The notes: generated by a model not told the origin, from the sequence alone. Positions 36,284 to 50,257 are shown, counted from the stretch's first letter. The stretch: DNA of 64,000 bases from Epiperipatus broadwayi (GCA_028023455.1 JAQFVV010000002.1:14322001-14386000); one strand, 5' to 3'. Numbers and translations are program-made.

Positions 36284-39200
36284 GTAAGTTTGTTTTTAAA
36301 CTCCTTTAATCCCCCCCCCAATTTTAAATTCCAAGTTTAAATTTGATGTAAGTCATAATTTAAAAGTTTGACTTTCCAGTCATTTTTTAAAAAAAAAATT
36401 AAGATTATTTTAATCATTTAGATTGTCATATAATTTTAATCGCTATTTTTTGAGAGCACATTTTTATCTTTTAACTCTTCACATGCACATACCCTATAAA
36501 ACTCCTTCCCAATTCAACCTTTCTAGAAGTCACTTTAATAAACTTGTAAAAAAAAAAAGGCATCATGTGTCAATCTATTAAATTAACCAAAAATCGATCA
36601 GTTTCTGTTTAGTCTCGAGATCATAAATAGATAGCAGATTAATCACTGATATATCAAAGGAGTGAATGTTACTTTATTTATGATCCTGGCAAAGCTTTAA
36701 GCTAACCAGATTGCACTTCAGATATAAATAATAGTTATTAAATATGTAATGGTGAGACTTAAGCAATATTTATAACCTTAATGTGATTTATTATAAGAAT
36801 CCTCAACAATCCTTATTACACATTTTATTTATTAAAATATATTGTGCTAGTTGTATTGATTCTGTTATGTGTAAACAAGTAATTAAGATGAACTAACAGT
36901 TATTTTAATAATTCTTTATTTACATTCTGGCTATATTTTATACACAAACAATTTAGCTTTGATAATTGTTAACATATTTTTACTGTTTTTAGTATTAGTC
37001 TTGAAATAAATAGTAATTAATTCTGTTTGAATAGTTTCCTTATGGATGGATCTCCATGTTGTGAATGGTCAAATGCACAATAACATATCACTCTTTAGTG
37101 ATTATTTGTATAGTTACTTGATTTTTCAAATTAAGTGTACATTGAGATAGCCATATTAGTATGCATTTATAATCTATCTTGTAAATTTCATTGTACAATC
37201 AAATTAAAATTTATGTCTTTTTTGATTAGTACTTATAATTGTTGTTGTGTTTTTTTCCTCTGCTTTTATTGCATTTGTCTGAGGATTACATCTTGAGATT
37301 GTGAGAACTGATTTTTTGTATAAATTCAGCCGGGTTTTGATTAAGATATATAATGAAATTTTTTTATATTGATGGTAATTTGCTGTTTTGTCATGTTTAT
37401 TAATACAATCCAGTCTCATCTGGATAAGACCTTTGATATTGAAGAAATTATGTTATAGCCGGTGGCTAAGATTATTCAACAGTTGTCTATGCCTTTGCAG
37501 TGTCCTCAGAATAACTTCTCTATAGATAATCTTTAAATTTTTAATTGCAAACAAGAGTATTTTGAGAATTAAAATGCATTATGTTTTACACTCATTAAAA
37601 CTTTCTGTTATACATGTGTATGTAATAAAGATTAAATGGTAAAACATTTTTTAAGTAGCCTATTATATGATAAGAGCTTTTCCAATTGCTTCTTATAATA
37701 AAATAGTAACATTGCATGTGGGTTGATCACCATTGCTCAGGGAAGCCATTCATTCATATATATATATAATAGAATGATGTATATATATTATGTGCAAGTA
37801 GCAAATTTTTTTGGAATAATTTAATAAATTTGATAGAAATCGTTGTTGTGTTAGATGTTGATAGATACTTTATTTGTTACATACATATTTCTTAAATCTC
37901 ATTTGAATAAAGAAGGGAAAAAAGTTATTATATTAAGTTGTTCAGACGGTCAAGCATCATTAAGCACCAAAATGACAAATTGAACATTATATCTCCATTT
38001 GTTTCATTAAACTGAGTCAATAATTATTGAAGTAAAATTAAAATAAATCTGGCACATTCAAATAAGAATAAAAGAATCTGAAATATAATAAAGAGTTTAA
38101 AAAGAAGGGTGTATATTATAAAATATAATTCATAAAAAAAAAAACGTTATTTATCATCAAACTATTTTAGTATTTACTTTAAATTATGTAATAAAATCAT
38201 ATGCAGTTTAAACATTACAGAATCAAAAAATAGCTAATTTCCTGTCATTTATCCTATTCTGTTATACATATATGGAATTGTAATATCCTAAACATTTTGC
38301 TTTTTTTTTATTTTTTAAATTTAATTAATGTATTGCACATTTATTTCATCAAACTTCATGTATCATTCTATAAGTTTCAGTTCTAATTTGCTTTCATAAT
38401 TATATATATAAACAAATATCTGCATTTTTTTATTTAGTTATGGAACAGTTGGACCCATCCTCCTATGTAAAGTTGCTACTGCACTACAAATGTATTATAT
38501 ATATAGCCAGTCAGAAGAGTACTGCTCCTGTGGAAAGATGCTTGTTTTATCAGCTAAGTGTACACTTGACACTTAAAAAACTATGAAGATGTTTGAGACA
38601 AGAAATGAAGGAAAAGAAATTGAAATCTGCTCGACAAATTAAGCCATATTTTGATTTTATTTTATTTTTAAATTCCTTTTGTGATTAAAAAGAATAATAA
38701 TAAAAATTTGCTTTGTTTTTGCTGACTTGTCATATATGTTAGACATACAAGTTATTTATGTACACCAAGAAAAATAATGGACTGATTAAAATTAAATCTT
38801 GAGTGTATAATTTTACAGCCTTGGTAACACTTTTATTTACACAAAGCAAACAAATTTTGCCTTTCATGTTTGGCATTCCTGGGTTTTTTTTTCTTCTGCC
38901 AATATATTTTTATTTGAAAACTTTTACTATTTCAACACCTTTAAATACTTGGTATTTTTTTTAAATATAAATTTTGATGAAATTAGAAATTTAGTTTATT
39001 TGCTTTTTATTGCAATTAATCTTATGTATAAGCTTAAGAGAAATATATATATATATTTTTGAATTATTTGGACCAAAACTTTCATTATATTTTTTACTAA
39101 AATGCTTCTGCTGTAGGTTAATATCGAAGTGGTGGTGTATGTATATATATATTGTAAAATAATGTCATTGTCATGAAGATGGCAAGATGATGATATATAT

Positions 39201-40504
39201 TACTCTGAATATATATATACATGCACTCATATATCTATTTACATAAAGTTACATGCACATCTAGGACTTTGGATTTTTTTTATCACTTCTTTAAATATAT
39301 ATAAAATTGGCAGAAGAAAAATAATAATGCTCTGACTGTCTTACTGACAAATTTTTATAGAAAATGTTGAATATCTGCCTACATAAAGCATGCAAGGCAG
39401 TATTCTGTGTGATATGTATTGCATTAGGAACTACGATGTGATATAAGCCTATTTCAAATACCCACCTATGGGTAATGTGTACAACTTGCTTAGCAAGTTT
39501 ACTGTCTACAAATTATTGAGTTTCTTAGATATATTAGTATATTTATATATATTTTTTAAATAATTAAAGATGTTTGAATGTTCTGCAGTTGTTCATTTGT
39601 ATTTTTATAATTGTTACAATCCATAAAACAAGTTTAACTTTCAGACAGTCTTACATTTACAAGTTGGGGAAATTGTTTTGCTAAGTTGCCTGCAATATAG
39701 AAAATTGAATATTTGCGACATTGCCAAAATATCAGATTTTTTTGTTTTAAAAATGTTAATGTGATAAATTTATCTTTAATATGTTATATGAGTGTGATCA
39801 TTTAAAATGGTTTATTACTTTTAAAAATATAGATATCAAAAACAATTACATTAATTTCAATCTGAAGTTATCTAAGGTTTTTCTAAAAAAAAAATGTATG
39901 CAGTCCAAAATCTTAGATGGAGTTGATAAGGTCAACTTTAAAATAATCGTAATTACAATATTACTTTGAATATAAGATACACTTTTTATCCAAATTTTGG
40001 ACCTGTAAAAGTGGGAGTGCATCTTAAATTCAAAGCAAAAATTTTATTAACTTATGGACTCCCCCCCCCCCCAATTTTCTAAGCTTAAAATCCTACTGCT
40101 TCTTAAATTCAGGGTATATTTGAAGTAATATATTACTGTAATTAAAGTGCAGTTCAGTTTAGTCTAATTCTTTCATGAACTAAAACCGATCCTCTAAGAA
40201 TCAAGATCTGTGGAAATGTATCAAGACTTGATCTTATAATTGGAGAATAATAATTAAAAATGGTGAAAGAATTACAAAAGCACTTTCAACACCACAATTA
40301 TCAAAGTATATTACTGACCAAAATGAAAAAAAAAAATTACAATTTCTAATACAGCAAAGATTATATTTATTTTGCATTATATTATCTTAATATTCTACAT
40401 TATTATAATTATTTTTTTATTTTTTTTATGTTATTCCATCAAGATCGATTTATAATGTTACAAGTTTATTAATATGGCCATAGCACCTAGATTGGTGATA
40501 AATC

Positions 40505-42313
40505 TGTTGGTAGTGTAACAGTATCTTTTAATATTTACTTATTAATACCAATGGTACATAAAATATATATGTCATATTAAATGATTGATATATATATATA
40601 TTTCTTGTAAATCTCGGCTAGTTAAAAATTATATTCAACAACGTGATGATGATGTACTCCCAAAAACATTTTATTGGTGGCAGTTTCAATAATAAACTCA
40701 AATGTGCCAAATTTTCTAAAAGAAAGTTTACTTAGAATGCTAGTTATTATTGATCATCATCACTGCCGATGATTACCATGAGATCCTAGCATATCCCCCT
40801 GTGGTTTGCATGTTATCTCAGGATTGTGGAAAATTGATAAGCTAGCACATGTATATTTAAGTTATAATGATTTACAACACAAACGAATGATTTAATAAAA
40901 CAATAATTGAACAATTTATTAAAAAAAAAACACAAATTGATATCTATATTGGCAGTTATAAACATAGATATAAAATTGAACCAATAGTCATTAATGTATT
41001 TTCAGTTTTATGTATAAAGCCTTTTTCATTATTAGAATGTGAATATCTTACTGGTAAAATGTTTCAAGTCATAAACCATGGGTTTTCACATCTTGTTTTT
41101 CTGTTCTTTTGTACTTACGGTCATTTTCATAACTTCTCTTGACAAGTAGACTTCTCTTGTATGCTGGAGACTTGAATTGTAGTTACAGCAGTATGGTTAT
41201 GTAATACAGGTAAAATGGTGATTTATTGACGTAGTTCATTTTCTTTCCTTTACTAGGGTTAAAGAGGATATCACGACCTGGTTCCACAGACTTCGACATT
41301 ATTTGCTGGATCAGATGGCATCATACTCAGGTCTCATAACTGATGTGCTACTTTTTGCCTAGCCTTTCTTGGTAAATAATTCATTACTGGTTGAAAACAT
41401 TATCATCATTGCTATGACTGTGAGTATTGAAAACTACTTTATCGCAGTCAATAACTTTCTTCTCTGTACAACTTATTTCACTATAGCTTTTCTGGAATCG
41501 GAATAGCATTCTAATGGAAATCAGCTATGAAACAAATTCAACATCAGAATGAATGACTGCATTATGTAAATGAGTTTTAAACCGTCTTTTTTTTTATACA
41601 TCTTGTTATATTTCTATCCACTATCTACAGCACTTAACAGCAATAAAATCCTAATGTAAACCATTCAAATATCTTTTCTTACCCACTGTCTACGTTATTT
41701 ACCAGTACTTGAACTATAATATAGATTATTTAAAAATCTTAGAACCCTGAGTAAAATGCTCTATTATTCTCTTCAAAATTCAAACAGGGTAAACAAACGA
41801 AAAGAGAAAATTTTTAGCTGACTTTTACTTCTAACTTCACAAATATCCTTAATTCATAATTTTTAATCTTAGATTTGAATTCACCATTCAATTTACCATA
41901 AGAATTGATAAGATTTTATTTAAAATCAATTTAGATTTAGCGCAAATCCAAATGAATCTCAACCATGCCTTGAAATTTATGAACTATGTATTTTAAAATT
42001 GATTCATGATCAAAGCTTTTTTTTTCTTTACAATCTTGTTTGTATTTCTCCTCACATATAGAGTAAGTAATCAATAAAATTGTACATAAAACTACCTCTA
42101 CAAAACATTTAATATGATTACAATGTACATTAATTAATTTATTTTTTAATCCCATGGGCAATTTCTAATTTACAGTATATGTATGCATACACAGACACAT
42201 GTTCAAATCTTTATTAATTAGTTTCATATAAGTTTATGCATGAATTGCCTTTCACAGTACACAATAAATATTGTCAAATGCACACATCAACTTTCTTTTA
42301 TTGTTTTTATGCA
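40505..42313. repeat. about 1.8-kb direct repeat, copy X (putative 3' LTR of a long-LTR Gypsy relic)
   Basis: Collinear homology with 45093-46271 plus 49601-50055 (e.g. taaaccatgggttttca, ctggttccacagacttc, gtacacaataaatattgtcaaatgca). Confidence 0.8.
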
Positions 42314-42499
42314 CTCTTGTTAATATAATTATATTCTCTCCATTTAAAAGGAGACTAATTTTCCATTTATCATTTATCCATTACTTGTATTATTTTATCA
42401 TTCTCATTCTTTTCATATGTGATGTTTATATAGTATATATGTCCACAATGTTCGGAAAGTTGTTTATCATTAATTAAGTATCAGAGAATGCATAGAATT

Positions 42500-44700
42500 T
42501 CTACTCTGGGATGCACAAAAATTCCCTCACATGACATTAAGATGTAAGATGCATGGATACTAGAAGAATCATCTCAGATTGATTTTTGTTATGTTGCCCA
42601 CACCACAACACCATAAAATAAAGCCTTATTCCCTTTTGAGTCTTATAGACTGATACAGTAAACAAAGACTCCAGCTGGACCTTTCTTCATCCAAGCATTG
42701 TAGATGAGGGATTATGCTACTTAAAAAAAAAATGTATTGTGGGAGCCCACAATCAACTTCCAACTATTGCATAACAACATAGTGTCTCATGTACATGCTG
42801 AAATCCCAGTATCTAACCAAGAAGCAACTTTAGCTACACACTGCAATACTACACTTTAATTCTCTATAAAATCATTTTATCTCTTCTGGATCACATCCTG
42901 CATACCTTTTATTATCTGTATTATTTGCAAATAACAAGCTCGTAGTCTTTTCTTTTTAGTTATTTTAATTTTAAGATTACTTTTTCGGAATGTCATATGT
43001 TTTATCTTTTGCAAATATGACATTTTCTTTCTCATTAAAACATTTCTCCTTAAAAAAATTCTTTCTCTTTACATCAAGTTCTACACCTGTCTAAATACTT
43101 TCTCAATGGAGATGGAGTATTGCATCCAAGTGGACTTGAAATGATTTTATCATGTTGGTTTGGATCCCATTCTCTTTGTTTTCTGGATCAACTTCTATGT
43201 ATTTCTCTTCTAGTATGATTTCCTGTATCTGAATTCTCTGAAGATATTCTAAAAGTGTCTTGTTTTCTTGGGTTAGGAAAGCTTCCAGAACGGTGTATTA
43301 TGCGTGTTCAATTATTGGTCACTAGAGCTTGTTTTTCTTTTCTTGGACCATCTATATAGTCGGTATCTTGGTTCATCTTTGATCTTGATGCAACCAATGG
43401 ATGCATTTCTCCTTCTAATTGATTGCTAGTTTAATGTGATGAACTTGCTCTCCCCATCCTGATTCTAGTGACTCGTGTTGAAAGCATTTAAGAACTGCTA
43501 CTTCTTCGATGATTTGTCGACCTGTGCTTATGACCCATCTTCTCATCATGAAAGGGTAAATTGTGACAGATAATTCGGATGATCCAACTCTGTCATGCTG
43601 CATACAGATAATATTTTTAAATTTTGACACCTATCTTCTGAAAAACTGGGTTTAGGTTTCATCCCTTTTTATGCGTAATCTGGTATCTTATATGGCTTTT
43701 TGCTGCTCTTTTGACCAGAAATTTGATCCCTATATCCAGAATAGGAGGTTGGCTTCTTTATCAAAGAGATCCACCACTCCTTGGTGGGTCTGTAAATGAT
43801 TATAAGCAATAGCAATTTGCTCTCTTTTTGTGAGCTGGTTCAGTTCGAAATAGTTTTCTATAACTATGTAGGTGTTCTATGGGCGTCTCTCCTGCCTCAC
43901 CTCTGAAGGACTGAATTTTTAAAAATTAATTTATGCAGCTCATTATTTTATAATCTCTATACATCTTTATAACTACTGTGTTCTTATGATTTTCTTTTGA
44001 TTTCATATCCCTTGTGTCACTTTCACTTCATTTATTTCTTTTACTGTTTCAATAAACGAATTTTGTGTGTCCGTCATTTTTGTGTAATCCATCTTTATGT
44101 CATTCGTAGTCCCAAATACTTCTGCCTGAGTTTTCTGGATCATCTGTTGTGTGTTTATGAGTTCTTGGTTTAATAAAGAACTTCGTATTTGATTTGCGTC
44201 TTTCATCTCTTCTTTCAATTCTAATTTTTCTAGTCTCTGCTATAACTTGCAGAATTATTTGTAGTTTATTTTCACATAATTCTACAGACTTATGCACCAT
44301 TCCTATATTCTCATATAATCTTTTTTCTAAACACTCCATTTTCTGTTGCACTCGTTTGTTTATTTAACTTATTATTTCCATCTTAAAGATGCTTATAGTT
44401 TTTTGTACACCCTCAACGTTTTTATTTTATTTCTTGGTTCATTTCTTTGTGTTTTAGATGTTCTGTTTAAATTCTGAATGCAATTTTTCTTGATTTTTTT
44501 TAATGCATTTCCTCAAAAGTTTTTTCATAAAAGCAAACATTGTTTCCATAGGAACTGAGTCTGGCATCTCTTCTCCCTGCATTTGCATCATCAGAAATTT
44601 TTTTTGCATACTTGGCTTTTGAGTCCATTGGTTGTGTACCAGTTTTAGTGTTGGCTATTCTATATGTCTTTGAGCCTCCATTTTTTTTATTTTCGAATGA
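42500..44700 (-). pseudogene. Ty3/Gypsy-like gag-protease remnant
   Basis: Coiled-coil-like ORFs 44003..44351, capsid-like IENYFELNQLTKREQIAIAYNHL...NFWSKEQQKAI (about 43870-43690) and protease-like WLDTG at about 42810. Confidence 0.55.
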
Positions 44701-46271
44701 GTTATCATAGGTATATATATATATGAATGTTTTGTAATCCTCTTGTTAATTATCCTTTTTATTTGTAGATTTGCACACATTTTGTTTTTAGATTATAAAT
44801 TGATCACATAGCAATCTCATCCCTAGCATACAGCCCTCTCCAGAATAACATGTATATCTCTGTCTTATGCATTTATATTTTTATTATTTTATATATATAT
44901 TGCCATTTATATTATCTTGCCTATCCAGTTCCACAATACTACAGTTAAAATAAAATTATATTATACTATATTTATATCTCTCAATCCAAACATATTTATT
45001 AATTTATTACACACCATCATATGCCAGAATTCTTCATGCTTTTTAATATCCATTGTCTTACAATTATAAAAATGTTCAGGCCAACAAAAACAAGTTGGTA
45101 GCACCAATTATGAGCTATATCTTTTTTTTTTTACTAATACTAATGGTATATAAAATATATTAAGTGATCCATATATATATATCTTCTAAATCTCAGCTTA
45201 AATAAAAAAATGATAGTCAACAATGTAATGATGATGACTAGGATATATCATCCCAAGTACTCCCAAAAGTATTGTATTTGTTGCAGTTTAAATAATAAAC
45301 TCAAATGCACCAAACCTAAAAGAATGTTTACTTAGAATACTAGTTATTAATGATCCTCATAACTGCTGGTGATTACCGTGATATCCTAGCATATTCCCCA
45401 GTGGTTTGCATGCTATTTCAGAGTAGTAGAAAACTGATAAGCTAGCATAACACGAATGGTTTAATCAAACATTTGAAAAATTTATTAACAAAAAAACTTA
45501 ACTAAATTGGTTGTACATATATATACTGGCAATTATAACAAGTCTTAAACCATGGGTTTTCAGATATTGTTTTTCTGTTGTTTTGTAGTAGTTGTGGTCC
45601 TCTTCTTAAGCCCACTTGACGAATAGATTTCTTCTTGCATACTGCAGACTTCAGTTATAGCTACAGCAGTATGCTGATGTATTGCAGGTAGAATATCAAT
45701 AAGTCTTTGACGATTTATCAGCATGTTCATTTTCTTTCCTTTATTGGTATGATCTGGTTCCACAGACTTCAACATTATTTGTTGGATCATATGGCATACT
45801 CAGAGTCTTTAACTGATGTACTACTTTTTTTTGCCTAACCTTGTATAGTAAATAATTCACTACTGAGTGAAAATATCGCTGTTATGACTGAGTATTGAAA
45901 AATACTTTATCACAATCAATAACTTTTTTCGCACAGCTTATTCACCACAGGTTTAAAGTATACCTTGCAATCTGGAATCAGGATAGGGTTCTAATGGAAA
46001 TCAGCTACAGAACAGAATCACTGTCAGAATAAATGGCAGCATAATGTAATGAATTTTGAATGACCCCTTTTTATACTATTTTAAATTCTCGGATCCCAAA
46101 ATAAAATGCTCCATTGTTCTCTTCAAAATTCATGTAGGGATAAACAAACTTATATTTAATATTGTATTATAATGAAAGAAGAAAAAAAACAATTAGTTTT
46201 AAGTTGTTTTTTTCTCACATTACAATACAGGAAGAGAAAAAAAATTTGACCAACTTTTACTTTTTCACTTC

Positions 46272-49200
46272 GGTACTTGTGACTTTTGACCCATGTGGCC
46301 ACCAGAGGCGCTAGTCAGGGTCAACCAGAGAAATACTTAGGGTAGGGGCCCCAAATGCAGCATTGCAAATTCCAGCTGAAAGATGGCGCTGTTCACAATG
46401 CGTAAGCACAGGACCATTCCACCAGCTGGCTGGCAGCAAAGCTGCCCTCTTGGTGGCACTGGTCACAGTGCGTAAGCCCATTTATCTTACATCGTCTGCT
46501 ACCAGCAGATACCAAGAACCTAGGTGGCGCTGATTGCCATAAACACATCTGGCTTATGTGTCGTCTGCTAACAGCGACTACCAAGATTCTAGCCCACTAC
46601 ATGGCGCTGTTTTTCCACGGTTACACACAGAAAAACTACGCACTGATAGAGTTTATGTACATACTACTTAAAATATGAATGGCGTATAATGTACAGGTGT
46701 GATTAATTAAGAAGCTACAACTATTTATCACATGCTATTTCACAGTTTTATAAATGGATGTATTTTTAAATTTTTTTTTTAAAAATCGATTTTTTTTTTT
46801 TAATTATTTACTCTATGTCAAAATGTTATATATAATTCGAGCGGTGAAATTTGCTATCATGGCCGCTTGAATGGCATCATAGATTTACATACGAAAGTAC
46901 GCTATAATTAGACAGGTTTGATAAAATTATCGCGTAGAAATCCTCATAATTATTCCTAAAATATTTTATTAATCTATAAGTCAATTCTAAATTTAAAAAT
47001 CAATCTTTTTTTTTAATTATGTACTCTAAAAGTGTTTTTTTTTTTTTTTTAAATTAAAAAAAAAATGTAATTTTTACGACAATCGGGGTTTTTTTTTTTA
47101 AAAAAAAAAAGCTAATTTTTTCCCCCTTCTTTCAAAACTAGAGACATTCCAAAGATAAAATCTAATATATTTAATTAATAGGGGCTTTACTAATGAATAG
47201 CTATGGGCAATTAGTGAATTGGATTGATTTAATGAGACAGAAACTGATATATGATGAATTATATTTACTGACAATTTCATATATACTTGATATAACCCAT
47301 TACTTAGCATTGGATAATGCACGCAGGCATTTTATTTACTAAACATTACTCTAGGCCATTTAGCAAAATAAATTTGTGGCTATTATTTAATTGCGCTAAT
47401 TTTATGCTATATAATAAATGACTACATTCCACTTATTAGTTATGCCATTTCATCATCAGTTTGAGTGGCTATTATACATGTAATCAAACCAAGTCTGGAG
47501 TGAAGTTTAATAATACATCTGATTATGATAAATTTATATATTAAATATGGGCATATAAAGCCTCACAGATAGCTTTAGATTGAATGGGTTTTCAAGAATG
47601 CTTCTGTTCAACGCCGAAGATTGCATATTATGGAGGTAGAGTTGGCTATAAAGATTTTACTAATATGCTACGCACAAGTGGCTCCATCTTATATATATAT
47701 AAAACAGCACAACGATAAAATATTGATAAATTTCACATCCGCCAAGCCGAAGTACACCTGGGTCTGTTTTTACACGGACTTATTTAACACGATTTTGAAG
47801 TTACGCGATTTTGAAATTCACCGGAAGTCGGAAGACCGATAATGCGCTATTACTTTTAAATAATAAATTTCGCGCACTTACGTTATATTGAAAGTAATAG
47901 CACATTATTGGAATTCGACTTTCATCTTAGTAATTTCAATATTTTCAGTGCTTTATAATAGTAAGATATTATGCAATAATGAAATTAAAATCATGATTTC
48001 CACATTTTATGTATACACACATTAAATTTTACAAGATTATAATGTAAATTTGTTCAAACATTTTGCGTGTTAATTTTGCATTTTAGATCACATTCTGTTT
48101 TTGCTTTTTAAAAAAGAACGTAATCAATTATTAATCATTTAGTGTTTAGCAAGTTTATTTTTAAAAGATGAGTAATAGCAGTGAAACAAAATTTGATTTT
48201 TAAATGGAATTGAAAATTAAAGACAAAAATATGAATTTAATTTTTAAGATAGTTTTAATTAAATTTTTCCCAGCAGTGGTGAATAAATGTCTTTTTATTA
48301 TCGTAAGTCTAAGTTCATAAACAATTAATAAAATCATCGTCTCAAAGATTAATTATGTTGTCACCAGAAATCCATTGACTCAACATGAGTGTGAAGTTAG
48401 CGCTAGTTGTATTTCCTTAGTTTGCCAATGAATGTTTTTCGGCAAATATCGATAATAATTAAAACGTGTATAAAAAATGTAAATTATGCATAAAAATATA
48501 TTATTTTGAATAAAATTAAATATGGTTTAAAAAAAGTTTGTCTTGTATCAATTTTTTTCAAATTTGAAATTTTTTATTAGTCATATTTTATTTACTTATT
48601 TTTTTTTTTGCGCGAATTTTAAAGTAATTTTACGTTGGTGCTTTGCTTTTACGCGAATTTTGAAAAATCACAGACCTCATACCCCCTTTTTCAATGTAAG
48701 TTATGTCTATTTTTGCGCGATTTCGTTTGCGTGCGTTTTCTGAGGAACCTATCGCGTAAAACGAGACCCAGGTGTATATTATAAATTAAATGAACACTAG
48801 TTTTGTCAGCTTGATTAAAAGAGCCAACTCTTCTGTAGCATGAGAAATACATATATGCTACTGACAGGAATATATATATACACAAACTTTACTTTATCCC
48901 GTTCAATCTCTTGGTTATGTATAATTAATAAACTTTTAAAGGGAGAAAGTATATTTAAGGGGCTTATGAATACTTTAATAAGAAAAATATACTTATGATT
49001 ACACTCCAGACTAGTTTAATCTTTAGTAACAATAATTAAAGGTTGAAAGTTTGGATTTATAAGCCATATTTTATATTTACATTAATTATTTACTAAATGA
49101 CAATAATAACTAGCACAAAGTGTCGCCATTATTTATAAATTAGGGGTTCGAAAAAATTAAAAATACATCCATTTATAAAACTGTGAAATAGCATGTGATA

Positions 49201-49600
49201 CTATTAAGTTTGAAAGAATATTTAAATAGTTGTAGCTTCTTAATTAATGACACCTGTACATTATACGCCATTCATATTTTAAGTAGTATGTACATAAACT
49301 ATCAGTGCGTAGTTTTTCCGTGTGTAACCGTGGAGAAACAGCACGTCGGCTAGAATCTTGGTAGTCGCTGTTAGCAGACGATGCATAAGCTAGATGTGTT
49401 TACGGCAATCAGCGCCACCTAGGTTCTTAGTATCTGCTGGTAGCAGACGATGTACGCTAAATGGGCTTATGCATTGCGACCAGCGCCACCTTTCGGGTGG
49501 AATTTGCAATGCTGCATTTGGGGCCCCTACTCTAAGTATTTCTCTGGTTGACCCCGACCAGCGCCTCTGGTGGCCACATGGGTCAAAAGTTACAATTACC
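46272..49600. mobile_element. non-autonomous foldback DNA transposon with about 500-bp TIRs, Merlin-like termini
   Basis: Arms 46272-about 46775 and about 49151-49600 are reverse complements. Ends GGTA(C/A)TTGT(G/A)ACTTTTGACCC. 8-bp flanks TTCACTTC/TTTACTTC (1 mismatch). The empty site is visible in copy X at about 41825. Confidence 0.85.
47755..48774 (-). mobile_element. pogo/Tigger-like MITE, subfamily 1, copy D (nested in the foldback element)
   Basis: TA|CACCTGGGTCTG ... CGAGACCCAGGTG|TA. Interior is the reverse complement of copy A. Confidence 0.9.
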
Positions 49601-50257
49601 TTTACTTCTAACTTCACAAATATCTTTAGTTCATAATTTTAAATCTTAGATTTGAATTTACCATAAAAATCTACAAGATTTTATTTAAAATTGATTTAGA
49701 TTCAGCACAAAACCAAATGAATCTCAACCATGCCTTGAATTTTAAAATTAATTTGCGATTAGAGCTTTTTTTTACTTTACAATCCCGTTTGTATTTCTCA
49801 TATATTATAGAATAAGTGATTAATAACAATGCCTAAATTTATCTCTACAAAACATTTATATATGACTACAACATACATTAATATATATTTTTTAATTTCT
49901 TGGGTAATTACTCTTATTTACGGTATATGCGTGCATACACACACATTCAAATCTTTATTAATTACTTCATATAATTAGATGTATGAATTGCCTTTCCCAG
50001 TACACAATAAATATTGTCAAATGCATACATCAACTTTCTTTTACTTTTTTAGGCAGTTTATTCTAATAGCACATGATAAAGATGGTTTGTACTTTTTATT
50101 TTATGCAGTATTTCATCCTAACTAATGCGAACTGCACTGAAATTGATATGGTTATAGTAGAAAACGTCTTCATTAAGGTATTTACAAAGTTTTCTTAAAA
50201 AGTGGCTTTTCTATTGGAATTATAAAATGAAACTGCATTGTTATAAATCCAATTTGA

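Larger units (their letters stand above)
45093..50055. repeat. direct repeat copy Y (45093-46271 plus 49601-50055), split by the foldback element; putative 5' LTR
   Basis: Removing 46272-49600 restores a sequence collinear with 40505-42313. PBS-like TGGCCTGAACA at 45083-45073 (minus). Confidence 0.75.

Noticed and set aside
38507-38560. hAT dimerisation-like STAPVER motif
   Set aside because: Isolated 7-residue similarity, 4 kb from the hAT relic, with no supporting context.
46393-49636. Similar ORFs 46393..46584(-), 49390..49617(-) and 49394..49636(+) as a gene pair
   Set aside because: They are chance open frames in the GC-rich TIR arms. The similarity simply reflects the inverted repeat.
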